A DNA stretch of 64,000 bases from the human T2T-CHM13v2.0 reference genome, Homo sapiens. The stretch lies in NCBI RefSeq assembly GCF_009914755.1, contig NC_060930.1, one strand, 5' to 3'. The translations under genes and the position numbers were made by a program. The stretch's first letter is position 1; each line of letters begins with the position of its first letter. The notes under the pieces were generated by a model. It ran no database searches, was not told the DNA's origin, and saw nothing but the letters and a program-made list of their open reading frames with translations. Positions 52,467 to 64,000 of this stretch are shown one piece after another.

Positions 52467-53036
52467 TTTTTTTTTTTTTTTTTTTTTTTGAGATGGAGTC
52501 TCGCTCTGTCACCCAGCCTGGAGTGCGGTGGCGCGATCTCGGCTCACTGCAACTTCCGCCTCCCGAGTACCTGGGACTACAGGCACGGGTGCCACCATGC
52601 CCGACTAATTTTCTTTTTTCTTTTCCTTTTTTTTTTTTTTGAGACGGAGTCTCATTCTGTCACCAGAGTGGAGTGCAGTGGCACAATCTCGGCTCACGGC
52701 AACCTCCGCTTCCCGGGTTAAAGCGGTTCTCCCGCCTCTGTCTCCCAAGTAGCTGGGACTACGGGCACACGCCGCCATACCCAGCTAATTTTTGTATATT
52801 TAATACAGACTGGGTTTCACCATGTTGGCCAGGATGGTCTCCATCTCTTGACCTCGTGATCCCCCCGCCTCGGCCTCCCAAAGTGCTGGGATTACAGGCG
52901 TCAATTTTTTGTATTTTTAGTAGAGACGGGGTTTCACCGTGTTAGCCAGGATGGTCTTGATCTCCTGACCTCGTGATCCGCCTGCCTCGGTCTCCCAAAG
53001 TGCCGAGATTACAGGCGTGAGCCACCGCGCCCGGCC
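52467..53036 (-). mobile_element. Outer Alu (AluSc8/Y-like) split at its central A-rich linker
   Basis: Right arm 52467-52612 and left arm 52903-53036; TSD gagaatattctt / aagaatatactt; Y-type caccgtgttagccaggatggtc. Confidence 0.92.
52609..52901 (-). mobile_element. Inner AluSc, missing about 18 nt at its 5' end
   Basis: Own T-tail, two arms, Sc diagnostics (ctgtcaccag, atctcttgacctcgtg); flanked by aatttt repeats. Confidence 0.9.
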
Positions 53037-54007
53037 AAGAATATACTTTACATGACAATTAGGTACTTATAAAAAAACATAGTGATTATTTTACTCTTCT
53101 GTCTAAAACTCTCCAATTATCCTCTATTTTTATTAAAGCCTCAGATTATTAACATTGCCCATGATGTGTCATTGTCCAATGAGATAAACCGTGTTTATAT
53201 CTTACCCAATTCTTTGTAAGGTACATTCCACCTAGAATGACTCATTTTTTTCTTTTGTGTTATTTCCCGTCTTAATGCGTTTGCATATAACACTACCTTA
53301 CGTAAATCACATGCTACTAGCCTCCTTCCCACCCACCTATATACTACGTATACATAAAGCCACTTTTGCCTCATTAGTGTCACACTTGATGTAACTAACT
53401 CAGGGAAGACTTATGAACTTGACGCAAGTTTGATTTTACCATTAATTGTAGAAATTTCTTAAAATGCCACTCATTTCTACCAAATTGTTTAATGTGACTC
53501 TAATGTTGACTGCAACAGTATAGACAATGTGCATTTTATTCATCACTGTATGTCCATAGTCTTGAACAGTACTTAATACAGGGTAGGTACTCAAATATTT
53601 ATTAAACAAACCACAGCTTTAACTGTAGTTCATGATCAATAGCCTAAATGGGCAGAATATTTAAAGAAGTGAAAGAAAACAGTCATTTGTCTAGTTCCCA
53701 TAGGCTGTTATAGAAAAGTATAAAAAGCTTCCAGAGGAAAGTTTTTGGAAGTCTTTTAGATATTATGTGCCAGGCAACTGGTGAAGTTCTCAAGCCAGAA
53801 AATTCAAGTACAACTCTAGTGTCCTTTTCTATAAGACAAATCCTCACTTCACATTATCAGATTTCATAGACTCTTATATGTGTCTGTCTATTACTGTATT
53901 CATTCAGCTAGATAAATAGGGAAGAGATGAGGAATAGAAGAAGAATATAATACTTAACAGATGCACCTTTGGGTGATAGAATTAAAAGCACTTAAAAATT
54001 ATTCCTT

Positions 54008-54327
<320 letters not shown>

Positions 54328-55319
54328 TTACATATAACTATACCCATTTTAATTTCATAATTATGTATACTTAGACATAAAATATTATTAAACAAAAGGC
54401 TGTATCAAGCACACATGTCTACATGAATTTAACTAATGTTTATTAAATGTGATGGATGGGTACTCCATTAGTTTTAATTTTACCAAGATATTGGTAAAAT
54501 TGTTTATCAGAAGTTTCTCATTATTTATCCTCAGTAGAATCTGGGAGACAACACAAGACATTTAGAACTTTCTTTTTCCATTAATACGTCATAAATTGGA
54601 GAACCAGAAGTTGTTATGAAGATGTGTATTAGATTGGAAGTTTAGAGATACTGGCTGTCATAGGCTATCATTATTGAAAAAGCAGAGTACATGGCTACCC
54701 CAATAGTTTCTTTGTTTTTCATATATATTTCATTAAGATTTGTAATAATATTTTAGGCACAAAGACATCATTAAGTTGCAATGCTCCTCAAAATAGAAGG
54801 TGAGCTAAATTTTCTCCATGTTGATGTCTGTCCCTCCTAATCATTAAGAAATTTGTAACTTCTAAAAATTAACAAGTAACTACATTTCAAGTATTTCTAT
54901 GAGCTTTGCAACTTAAATATATCTGCAGTGGAGAAGAAAGGAGGACTTGCATAAACCATTCTCTGCTTTCTTAAGTGAAATCCTTCCCTGCCACACAGCA
55001 ATTATGTCCTCTGGTGGATAAAAAGATGAATGCGTGAGATTACTATTTTAGGATCTACACGCTCTATTTGGATGTAACTCATTTATAAACTTATGAAAAA
55101 TGGCTAATAAATCATTTCTATTTTCAAATAAAAGCATACATAAGAATGAAAATTGTCATAATTATGTTTTTTTCACTCTGTATGCATATATTTTGTAATA
55201 TTCTGATTTGATTATTTTAAAAATAATAATTCTATCACCATTATCAGCCATGACACTTTTATAGGACTGGTGACATGTCTTATTTACAGTAGTGAAAACT
55301 GATTGGTAAATAGTCAATC

Positions 55320-58300
55320 TATTTCATGTTTTCAATTTTTTTATGCATGTAAAAGTGTTCATAATAGCCTTGAATTATCTTTTGTATTTCTGTGGTGTTG
55401 GATGTAATATCTCCTATTTTATTTCTCATTGAGCTTATTCAGATCTTCGCTCTTCTTTTCTCGGTTAATCTTGCTAATGGTCTATCAATTTTCTTTATCT
55501 TTTCAAAGAACCAACTTTTTGTTTCATTTATCTTTCATATTTTTGTGTTTCAATTTCACTTATTTCTGCTCTAATCTTGGTTTGTCTTTTCTCTTACTGG
55601 TTTAGGGTTTGGTTTGTTCTTGTTTCTTTAGTTCCTATACCTTAGATTGTCTACTTGTCCTCTTTCAGACTTTTTGATGTAGGCATTTAAGGCTAGGAAT
55701 TTTCCTCTTAGCACCACTTTTGCTGTATCCCAGAGGTTTCAATAGGTTGTGTCACTATTATGATTCACTTCAAAGAATTTTTAAATTCCCATCTTGATTT
55801 CATTGTTGACCTAATAATCATTCAGGAGCAGTTAATTTAATTTCCATGTATTTGCATTGTTTTGAAGATTCCTTTTGTAGTTGATTTCCAATTTTATTCC
55901 ACTGTCGTCTCAGTATCTTGAAATAATTTCAATTTTCTTAAATTTATTGAGACTTGTTTTGTGGCCTGTCAAATGGTCTATCTTTGGGAAATTCCCTTGC
56001 ACTGATGAATAAAATGTATATTCTGCAGTTGTTGGGTAGAATGTTCTGTAAATATCTGTTAAGTCCATTTGTTCTAAGATACAGTTTAAATCTGTTGTTT
56101 CATTATTGACTTTCTGTCTTGATGACCAGTCTAGTGCTGTTAGTGGAGTATTGAACTCCCCCACTGTTACTGTGTTGCTGTCTATGTCATTTCTTAGGTC
56201 TAGTAGTAATTGTTTTTTAAGTTTGGGAGCTCCATTGTTAGGTGCATGTATTTTTAGAATTATGATATTTTCCTGTTGGACAAGGCCTTTTATCATCATA
56301 TAATGTCCCTTTTTGTCTTTTTAAACTGCTGTTGATTTAAAGATGGTTTTGTCTAATATAAGAATAGCTACTCCTGCTTGCTTTTAGTGTCCATTTGCAT
56401 GGAATGTCTTTTTCTACCCCTTTACCTTAAGTTTATGTGAGTTCTTATGTGTTAGGTGAGTCTCTTGAAAGCAGCAGATCCTTGATTGGCAAATTCTTAT
56501 CCATTCTGCAATTCTGTATCTTTTAAGTGGAGCATTTAGGTAATTTACATTCAATGTTATTATTGAGATGTGAGGTATTATTCCATTCACTGTGCTAGTT
56601 TTTGCTTGAATACCTTGTTTCTTTTTTATTGTATTTTTGTTTTATAGTTTCTGTGAGATTCATGCTTTAAAGAGGTTCTGTTTTGATGTGTTTCCAAGAT
56701 TTGTTTCAAAATTTAGAGCTTCTTTTAGCAATGTACAGCCCTCCTAGCTTAAATCAGGAAGAATTAGAAACCCTGAACAGACCAATGACAAGCAGCAGGA
56801 TTGTAATGGCAATAAATTACCAACAAAAAAAAAATTCAGGGCCAGATGCATTCACAGCTGAATTCTGTCAGACATTCAAAGAAGAATTGGTACCAATCCT
56901 ATTGACACTATTTCACAATATAGAGTAAGAAGGAATCCTCCCTAAATCATTCTAAGAAACCAGCATCATCCTAATACCCAAACAAGAGAGGACATCATCA
57001 AAAAGAAAACTACAGACCAATATCCCTGATGAACATAGATGCAAAAATCCTTAACTAAATACTAGCTAACTGAATCCAACAGCATATCAAAAAGATAATC
57101 CACCATGATCAAGTGGGTTTCATACCAGGGATGCAGGGATGGTTTAATATATGTAAGTCAAACAATGTGATATGCCACATAAACAGAATTAAAAAGAAAA
57201 ATCACATTACCATTTCAACTGATGCAAAAAAGAACATTTGACAAAATCGGGTGTCACTTTATGATTTAAGCCTTCAGCAAAATTGGTATACAAGGGATAT
57301 ATCTCAATGTAGTAAAAGCCATCTATGACAAACCCACAGCCAACATAATACTGAGTGGAGAAAAGTTGAAAGCATTCCCTCTGAGAACCGGAAAAAGACA
57401 AGGATGCCCACTCTCACCACTTCTATTCAGTATAGCACTGGAAGTCCTAGCCAGAGCAATCAGACAAGAAAAAGAAATAAAGGGCATCCAAATTGGTAAA
57501 GAGAGAAAGTCAAACTGTCGCTATTTGCTGATGATATGATCATATACCTAGAAAACCCTAAAGACTCCTCCAAAAAGCTCCTGGAACTGATAAATGAATT
57601 CAGCAAAGTTTCAGGATTCAAATTAGTAGCTCTGCTATATACGTACAGCAACCAAGCTGAGAATCACATCAATAACTCAACCCCTTTTTACAATAGCTGC
57701 ATCAATGTATAAAATACTTAGGCATACACTTAATCAAGGAGATAAAAGACCTCTACAAGGAAAACTACAAAACACTGCTGAAAGAAATCATACATGACAC
57801 AAACAAATGAAAACTTATCCCATGCTCATGGATGGGTAGAATCAGTATTGTCAAAATGACCATACTGCCAAAAAACAAGCTACAAATTCAATGCAATTCC
57901 CATCAAAATACCACCATCATTCTTCACACACTAAAAAGACAATCCTAAAATTTATATGGAACAAAAAAAGAGCCCAAATAGCCAAAGCAAGACTAAGCAA
58001 AAAGAACAAATCTGGAAGAATCACATTACCTGACTTCAAACTATACTACAAGGCCATAGTCATCATAACAATATGGAACTGGTATAGAAATAGACACATA
58101 GACCAATGCAACACAACAGAGAATCCAGAAAGAACCCCAAATACTTACAACAACTGATCTTCAACAAAGCAAACAAAAACATAAAGTGAGGAAAGGACAC
58201 TCTACTCAACAAATGGTGCTGGGATAATTGACAAGCCACATATAGGAGAATGAAACTGGATCTTCATCTTTTACCTTATACAAAAATCAACCCAAGATGG

Positions 58301-59998
58301 ATAAAAGACTTAAATCTAAAACCTGAAACTATGTAATTCTAAAAGATAACTTTGGAAGAATCCTTCTAGACATTGGCTTAGGCAAAGACTTCATGACCAA
58401 GAACCCAAAAGCAAATGCAACAAAAACAAAGATAAATAGATGGGACTTAATTAAACTAATGAGCTTCTGTGCAGCAAAAGAAACAGTCAGAATAGTAAAC
58501 AGAAAACCCATAGCGTGGGAGAAAATCTTCACAATCTACACATCTGACAAAGGGCTAATATCCAGAATCTACAACTAGCTCAAACAAATTAGCAAGAAAG
58601 AAAGAAACAATCCCATCAAAAAGTGGGCTAAGGATGTGAATAGACAATTCTCAAAAGAAGATATACAAATGGCCAACAAATATATGAGAAAATGCTCAAC
58701 ATCACTAATGATCAGGGAAATGAGAATCAAAATCACAATATGATACTACCTTACTGCCAAGACCAGCTCGGTCGGGGAGACTCTAACCCAGCAGCGCTAG
58801 AGGAATTAAAGACACACACACAGAAATATAGAGGTGTGAAGTGGGAAATCAGGTGTCTCACAGCCTTCGGAGCTGAGAGCCTCAAACAGATTTACTCATG
58901 TATTTATTAACCACAAGCCAGTCATAGCATTGTTTCTATAGATATTAGATTAACTAAAAGTATCCCTTATGGGAAACAAAGGGAAGGGCTGAAATAAAAG
59001 GATGACTTGGGTTAGTTATCTGTAGCAGGAGCATGTCCTTAAGTCACAGATCGCTCATGCTACTGTTTGTGGTTTAAGAATGCCTTTAAGTGGTTTTCGG
59101 CCCTGGGTGGGCCAGGTATTCCTTGCCCTCATTCCAGTAAAGCCACAACCTTCCAGCGTGAGCATTATGGCCATCATGAACATGTCACAGTGCTGCAGAG
59201 ATTTTGTTTATGGCCAGTTTTGGGGCCAGTTTATGGCCAGATTTTGGGGGGGCCTGTTCCCAATACCTTACTCTTGCAAAAATGGCCATAATAAAAAAAA
59301 ATTAAAAACAGTAGATGTTGGTGTGGTTGTGGTGAAAAGGGAACACTTCTACACTGCTGGTGGGAATGTAAACTAGTACAAAGACTATGGAAAACAGTGT
59401 GGAGAGTCCTTAAAGAACTAAAAGTAGAACTACCATTCGATCCAGCAATTCCACTACTGGGTATTTACTCAAATAAAAATAAGTTATTATATGAAAAAGA
59501 TAAACACACATGCATATTTATAGCAGCACAATTTGCAGTTGCAAAAATATGGAACCGAACTAAGTGCCCAGCAATCAATGAGTGAATAAAGAAAAAAAGT
59601 GTGTGTGTGTATATATATATATATATGCACCATGGAATATTACTCAGCAATAAAAAGGAACTAATTAATGGCATTTGCAACAACCTGGATGCAACTGGAG
59701 ACTATTATTCTAAGTGAAGTAACTCAGGAATGGAAAATCAATCATCATATGTTCTCATTCATAAGAGGGAGCTAAGCTTTGAGGTTGCAAAGGCATAAGA
59801 ACGATACATGGATTTTGGTGACTTAGGCAAAAGGGTGGGAGGGGTGTGAGGGAAAAAAGACTACAAATGGGGTTCGTTGTATACTGCTGGGGTGATGGGT
59901 GTACCAAAATCCCACAAATCACCACTAAAGAACTTATTCATGTAATCAAATACCACCAGTTTCCCCAAAACCCATGGAAATAAAGAATTTAAAAATAA
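55320..59998 (+). mobile_element. L1PB1-like element with a 5' inversion (55320-56730 antisense; 56731-59998 sense)
   Basis: The antisense part encodes the endonuclease region (HAPNNGAP, DIYRTFYP) back to the ORF1 end; the sense part encodes RT and C-terminal fragments ([25 protein letters not shown]); L1PB 3' UTR caaatcaccactaaagaactta. Confidence 0.93.
58755..59265 (-). mobile_element. MER9 solo LTR (HERV-K HML-3 / HERVK9)
   Basis: Reverse complement begins tattgggaacaggccccccc aaaatctggccataaactggccccaaaactggccataaac (MER9 5' end); 511 bp; perfect 6-bp TSD CCTTAC at 58749-58754 and 59266-59271. Confidence 0.93.
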
Positions 59999-60001
59999 TA
60001 T

Positions 60002-60480
60002 TTAAAATTTTTTGTGGGTACATAGTAGGTGTATATATTTTTGGCATACATAAGATGTTTTGATACAAGCATGCATGGAAAATAAGCACATCCTGGAGAA
60101 TGGGGGATCCATCCTCTCAAGCATTTTCCTTTGAGTTACAAAGAATCTAATTATATTCTTTAAGTTATTTTAAAATATACAATTAAGTCATTATTGACTA
60201 TAGGCAACCTATTGTGTTATCAAATAGTAGGTATTACTCATTCTTTCTAAGTTTTTATACCCATTAACCATCCCCACTTCCCCTCCAATTCCCCACTACC
60301 CTTCCCAGCCTCTTAAAACCATCCTTCTAGTCTCTGTGTCCATGAGTTCAATTCATTTGATTTTTAGATCTCCAAAATAAGTGATAACATGTGAGTTTAT
60401 CTTTCTGTGCCTGGATTATTTCACTTAATATAATGATCATCAGTTCCATCCATGTTGTTGCAAAGGGCTGGATTTCATTT
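60002..60480 (-). mobile_element. L1MA1-3-like 3' UTR fragment
   Basis: ttttgtgggtacatagtaggtgtatatattt...gttttgatacaagcatgca...tatcaaatagtaggt. Confidence 0.88.
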
Positions 60481-60489
60481 TTGGGGCGG

Positions 60490-60941
60490 GGGCTAGAGTT
60501 ACTGATTTAGGAATGCAGCAACAAAAGAGTACACCAATCCACATTTTATAATCCCCTAAGCTGTAGATTTAGTTGTGCACACAGGCCTAAGTCTTTTTGT
60601 TCAGGGTGGACTGTTCATAGATTGCTGGAAATCCTGGGAACAGACTGTCAATCCCTTTCTCACTGCCGATGAACCAGGAAACTTGTAGTCCTGGAGATTT
60701 CTGACTATTATCTTTGCCTACTCAGGGTAACCACCACTAGGATAAGGCAAAATTGATGGGGAAAATGAGGAAATGGATAGAAACAACCAGGGTTTTTGGT
60801 AATATCACTGAGCTACAAGATTGTACTTGTCTGAAGCCTTACCTCAGGACATACACTTACATGGACATATAACTTGCCATCGTTGTTAGACAGTTTAAAT
60901 AAACTAATCTGTTATTTGCATCTAATGCAATTGAACTGATA
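60490..60941 (+). mobile_element. Old MLT1 (J/K-like) LTR fragment
   Basis: tatcactgagct...gtctgaagc...tctgttatttgcatctaatgcaattgaactgata 3'-end pattern. Confidence 0.5.
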
Positions 60942-62424
60942 GAAAACTGAAGTTATTTTTTCAATTTTGGCAAATAGCTATTTTATCTGATTAAAATACG
61001 AATGTATTGCTCACCTGAAAAATAAAATAGGTAGTATGAACATATGTAAACAGGATTCCTATCAGATTGCCTCAGGCACAGTTCATATAAGCTTGGCAGT
61101 ATTGTTGGGGACACCAAATACTCATCAATTGAAAAGCTACCAAATAGTGAATTTTGACCGAAACACGATTTAAAAAAAGATGGGGAAGAGTGCTTTTGAA
61201 GGGGCAATGCTGCAAAGTGAAGATATATGTCATAAGATACACGAAGCTCTAATTATATAACAGATTTATGCTTCCAAAGCCATAACGTCCAACAGAACCA
61301 CTTAGGAAATGGGCAACAAGATGAAACAAATGGACTGCTGAACTTTGAGGTGCAGTAAACTTTTTCCCATTCACCTGGAGCATTCTCATCCAACTGGAAT
61401 TAGAACTGGCTGCAAGATAAATCATCTAAAATCTAGAGCTCTGAGTAGTGAAGAGATAAACATAAGATTAACTGTTCCATCTAAACTCATTTCTCATCAC
61501 AAGGCTCAAATAAATCCCAGCGTTTGTTGTATATCAAAGTCACACTGCCATAAGGAAACCATCAGAATTTATTCTGAGGATTCTTTGTCATCTCATAAAA
61601 AATGGGTTACTAACAAGGCAGTTATCGATAGCATTTATGAAATAGACTTTTATATGCACAGTATCCTTACATATTTTTTGCATAAATTAATATAGATAGA
61701 TACATTTAGTACTAAACAGAATGAGTAGATTTTCTTCGTAATTATTAATTGCATCAATTGGTTAAAAATTCATTGCAAATTATTAAAAAATTATAGCTGA
61801 TGATGATGCTTTGGAGATAATAAAATATAGAGATACAGTATAAGATAAAGAAAAGCATCATAAGAATTGACCCACTGAGAAATGTATCCAAAGTTGAAGT
61901 GATCAAGATGATCAGTTGTTTCCTTTGTGGGTCTTCCTTGACCCACTGGGGATGGCTAAATTTCTTCCTTTCCTGATGGTAACTTCTCTCTTCCATAAAT
62001 CGCTCTTGAAAATGTCCTGAGAAGCAAGTAGGCAAAGGCATATAAACATACATGTGAGGTGTGCTAAGCAGTGATGGAAAAAAACCCAAAACCTCCCTAG
62101 TTCCCTATAATTGTAGTTATCTTATGTAAATAGAAATGATGCATTTATGACATTTCATTCCTTTACTACACTACATTTTCCACCACACATTGAGTGTATA
62201 TTCACACTAATCAGTAGATCTTATTTTGAAAATGTAATTTGAAAAATGTCAAATTCCTAGAATCTTCCCCATACTGTTAATAGATAAAAGTACTCATATG
62301 ATTTTATATGGAATAAAAAATTTGGGGAATGAGACAGTATGAGACAGCAAAAGAAATCATACAACACTTTTACTCAGGTTACATTAGGGAGTCCATACTA
62401 TGGTACCAGAAATAGCTGTAGGAA

Positions 62425-62830
62425 AGCATTCATTGATATAACAAACAAGTATTTAATTTTTATTATGTACCAGGTACTATTCTAGATGATGGGGATGAAA
62501 CACTAATTAATATGTGATCGTTGACTTTGAAAAGCTTATAGTATAATATAATAATACAAGCAACTACTAAAGTGAAATAGAAACCAAGATAGATGATCCC
62601 AAGAATGCTTTACTGGCAATGAAAGTATGCGTTGGAAAGATGGCCCCAAACTGAGTCTTAAAGGTCAAATAGGCATTTGCCAACAGCATGGAGTTGGATG
62701 AGAGTCAGAGGTGTGGAAAGGTCATTCTAAGAGGAACAAGTACTTGGAGAAGCCACATCTAGTTAAAAGCCAAGAAGATACTATGTATGCACTCAGGTGA
62801 CATTGGCAGTGTTTCTCATAGAGCTGGGAA
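62425..62830 (-). mobile_element. L2 3' fragment
   Basis: cattcatt...acaaacaagtattt...tattatgtaccaggtactattctagatgatgggga...aaagcttatagt. Confidence 0.65.
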
Positions 62831-63399
62831 ATAAGAACCCAGCTGCATACCTGTATCTTAGTTGACAACACTGTATTCGATTGAGAGATCATGAATTTTA
62901 GTTAATTATTTCTGCCACTGAGTTACTAGTTTCTAGGTGGTAGCTGTTGACATACAAATGCAAGAAATAATTGAGAGAACATGCAATGTGAATATTGATG
63001 AGAGTCAAAGGGGAAGCACCAACAGTCAAAAACAGTGGTGAAGCAGAGGCCAGAGAAGGAAACTTCAAGAGGAAGAGAGCGATAAGGTGTGAAATGCTGC
63101 AGATAAGTCACATAAAATAGGGTGAAAAAAAGCATTTGGTAATTAGGAAATCACTAAAGTGGTACCTGAGTGTAGTATCTTGAAGAGTATATGGAAGACA
63201 GTTAAACGCAGCAATTGAGGAAATTTCTCTCTTGAAACTTGTATTTTACAGAAAAGAGAAATATAAATTTGTAGATAGAGCCAATATAGGATTATTTTTA
63301 TTATTATTATTTTGCTTGCCCTTCCCCTCTTCATTCTTATATGGAAAATAATTGAGCACTGACAGGCAGCCGTGAGAATGAAAAGATGAAAAATTTAAA

Positions 63400-63600
63400 A
63401 AGATTTGAAATCAGATGATATGGAATAGTATTTGGGCTCTGCCTAGTTAGTTGCCCACCTTGCACAAATCAGTAACTATCTGAGTTTCGGTGTTTGCTTG
63501 AGAAAATAGGAACAGTAATATATGTCCTACCTTATTCATATGAATATTTAGATGATTACATATAATAATATATGTGAAAGTAGGTTATAGGTCAAATTCA
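63400..63600 (+). mobile_element. MIR
   Basis: ggctctgcc...ccttgcacaaatcagtaactatctgagtttcggtg...aaaataggaacagtaata...atatgtgaaag. Confidence 0.65.
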
Positions 63601-64000
63601 TGATTAGCTTTCACTCAAATTAGACCTCTGTAAAATAAAAAGTAAATAATAGATACGTTGATTATCAGACTAAAATAAAAATACATTTAGATAAAATAAT
63701 TAAGTTGGAGAGTGAATGTTAACTTGTTTAACTGTAATTTGTGACTCCACCAAATTGTAATTTTTGATCCACTTCCTATTTGAAATAGTTTTATATTTCA
63801 CAGGGTAGGCTGTATATAAGTGCTAGAAATTCAAATTCATCTTTCAGCTGCTAAGTATGATAAAAGAATGTTCCAATAAACTTAATTCTCTATTTTGGCA
63901 AAGACTAAAACTGCAAATACGCACAATGCAAATTTAATCTATTCTGTTTATAGTCTCACTGTCACTTCAAGGTCCTATTGGGATGCCATATGGGCTGGTT

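Larger units (their letters stand above)
52050..53610 (+). mobile_element. L2 (degraded), interrupted by the nested Alus
   Basis: ctcactcttagcctctagattcaattaatcacc; tctaaaactctccaatt; 3' end ttattcatcactgtatgtccatagtcttgaacagtacttaatacagggtaggtactcaaatatt. Confidence 0.65.

Noticed and set aside
61345-62089. 116-aa (+) and 111-aa (-) ORFs in unique sequence
   Set aside because: No recognisable domain or gene structure; lengths are compatible with chance.

Overview
This is AT-rich, non-coding primate genomic DNA, almost certainly human because it contains an AluYb8-lineage element. It is intergenic or deep intronic. About half of it is recognisable interspersed repeat: L1s of many ages (L1PA, L1PB, L1MA, L1MC, L1ME/HAL1-like), 13 Alus (J, S, Y, Yb), MaLR LTRs and internal pieces (MST, MLT1, THE1), ERV LTRs (MER52, MER9, LTR16-like), L2, MIR, MER20, a half MADE1 and microsatellites. 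No protein-coding gene, RNA gene or CRISPR array is supportable; the listed ORFs are broken L1 fragments, Alu/LTR/microsatellite read-throughs or chance ORFs. I cannot support a new biological system here. The most notable observations are: (i) a near-consensus AluYb8-type insertion with a microhomology deletion that removes its diagnostic 7-bp duplication; (ii) two twin-primed (5'-inverted) L1s, one carrying template-switch scars and a 64-bp orphan insert with a target-site duplication (TSD); (iii) an Alu nested in an Alu; (iv) a solo Hsmar1/MADE1 terminal repeat; (v) several minus-strand splice-acceptor motifs, including a CAG|GTGAG recursive-splice-like site; (vi) many short tandem and inverted duplications. 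Repeat subfamily names come from recalled consensus motifs and need RepeatMasker/Dfam confirmation. Boundaries of old elements are approximate.
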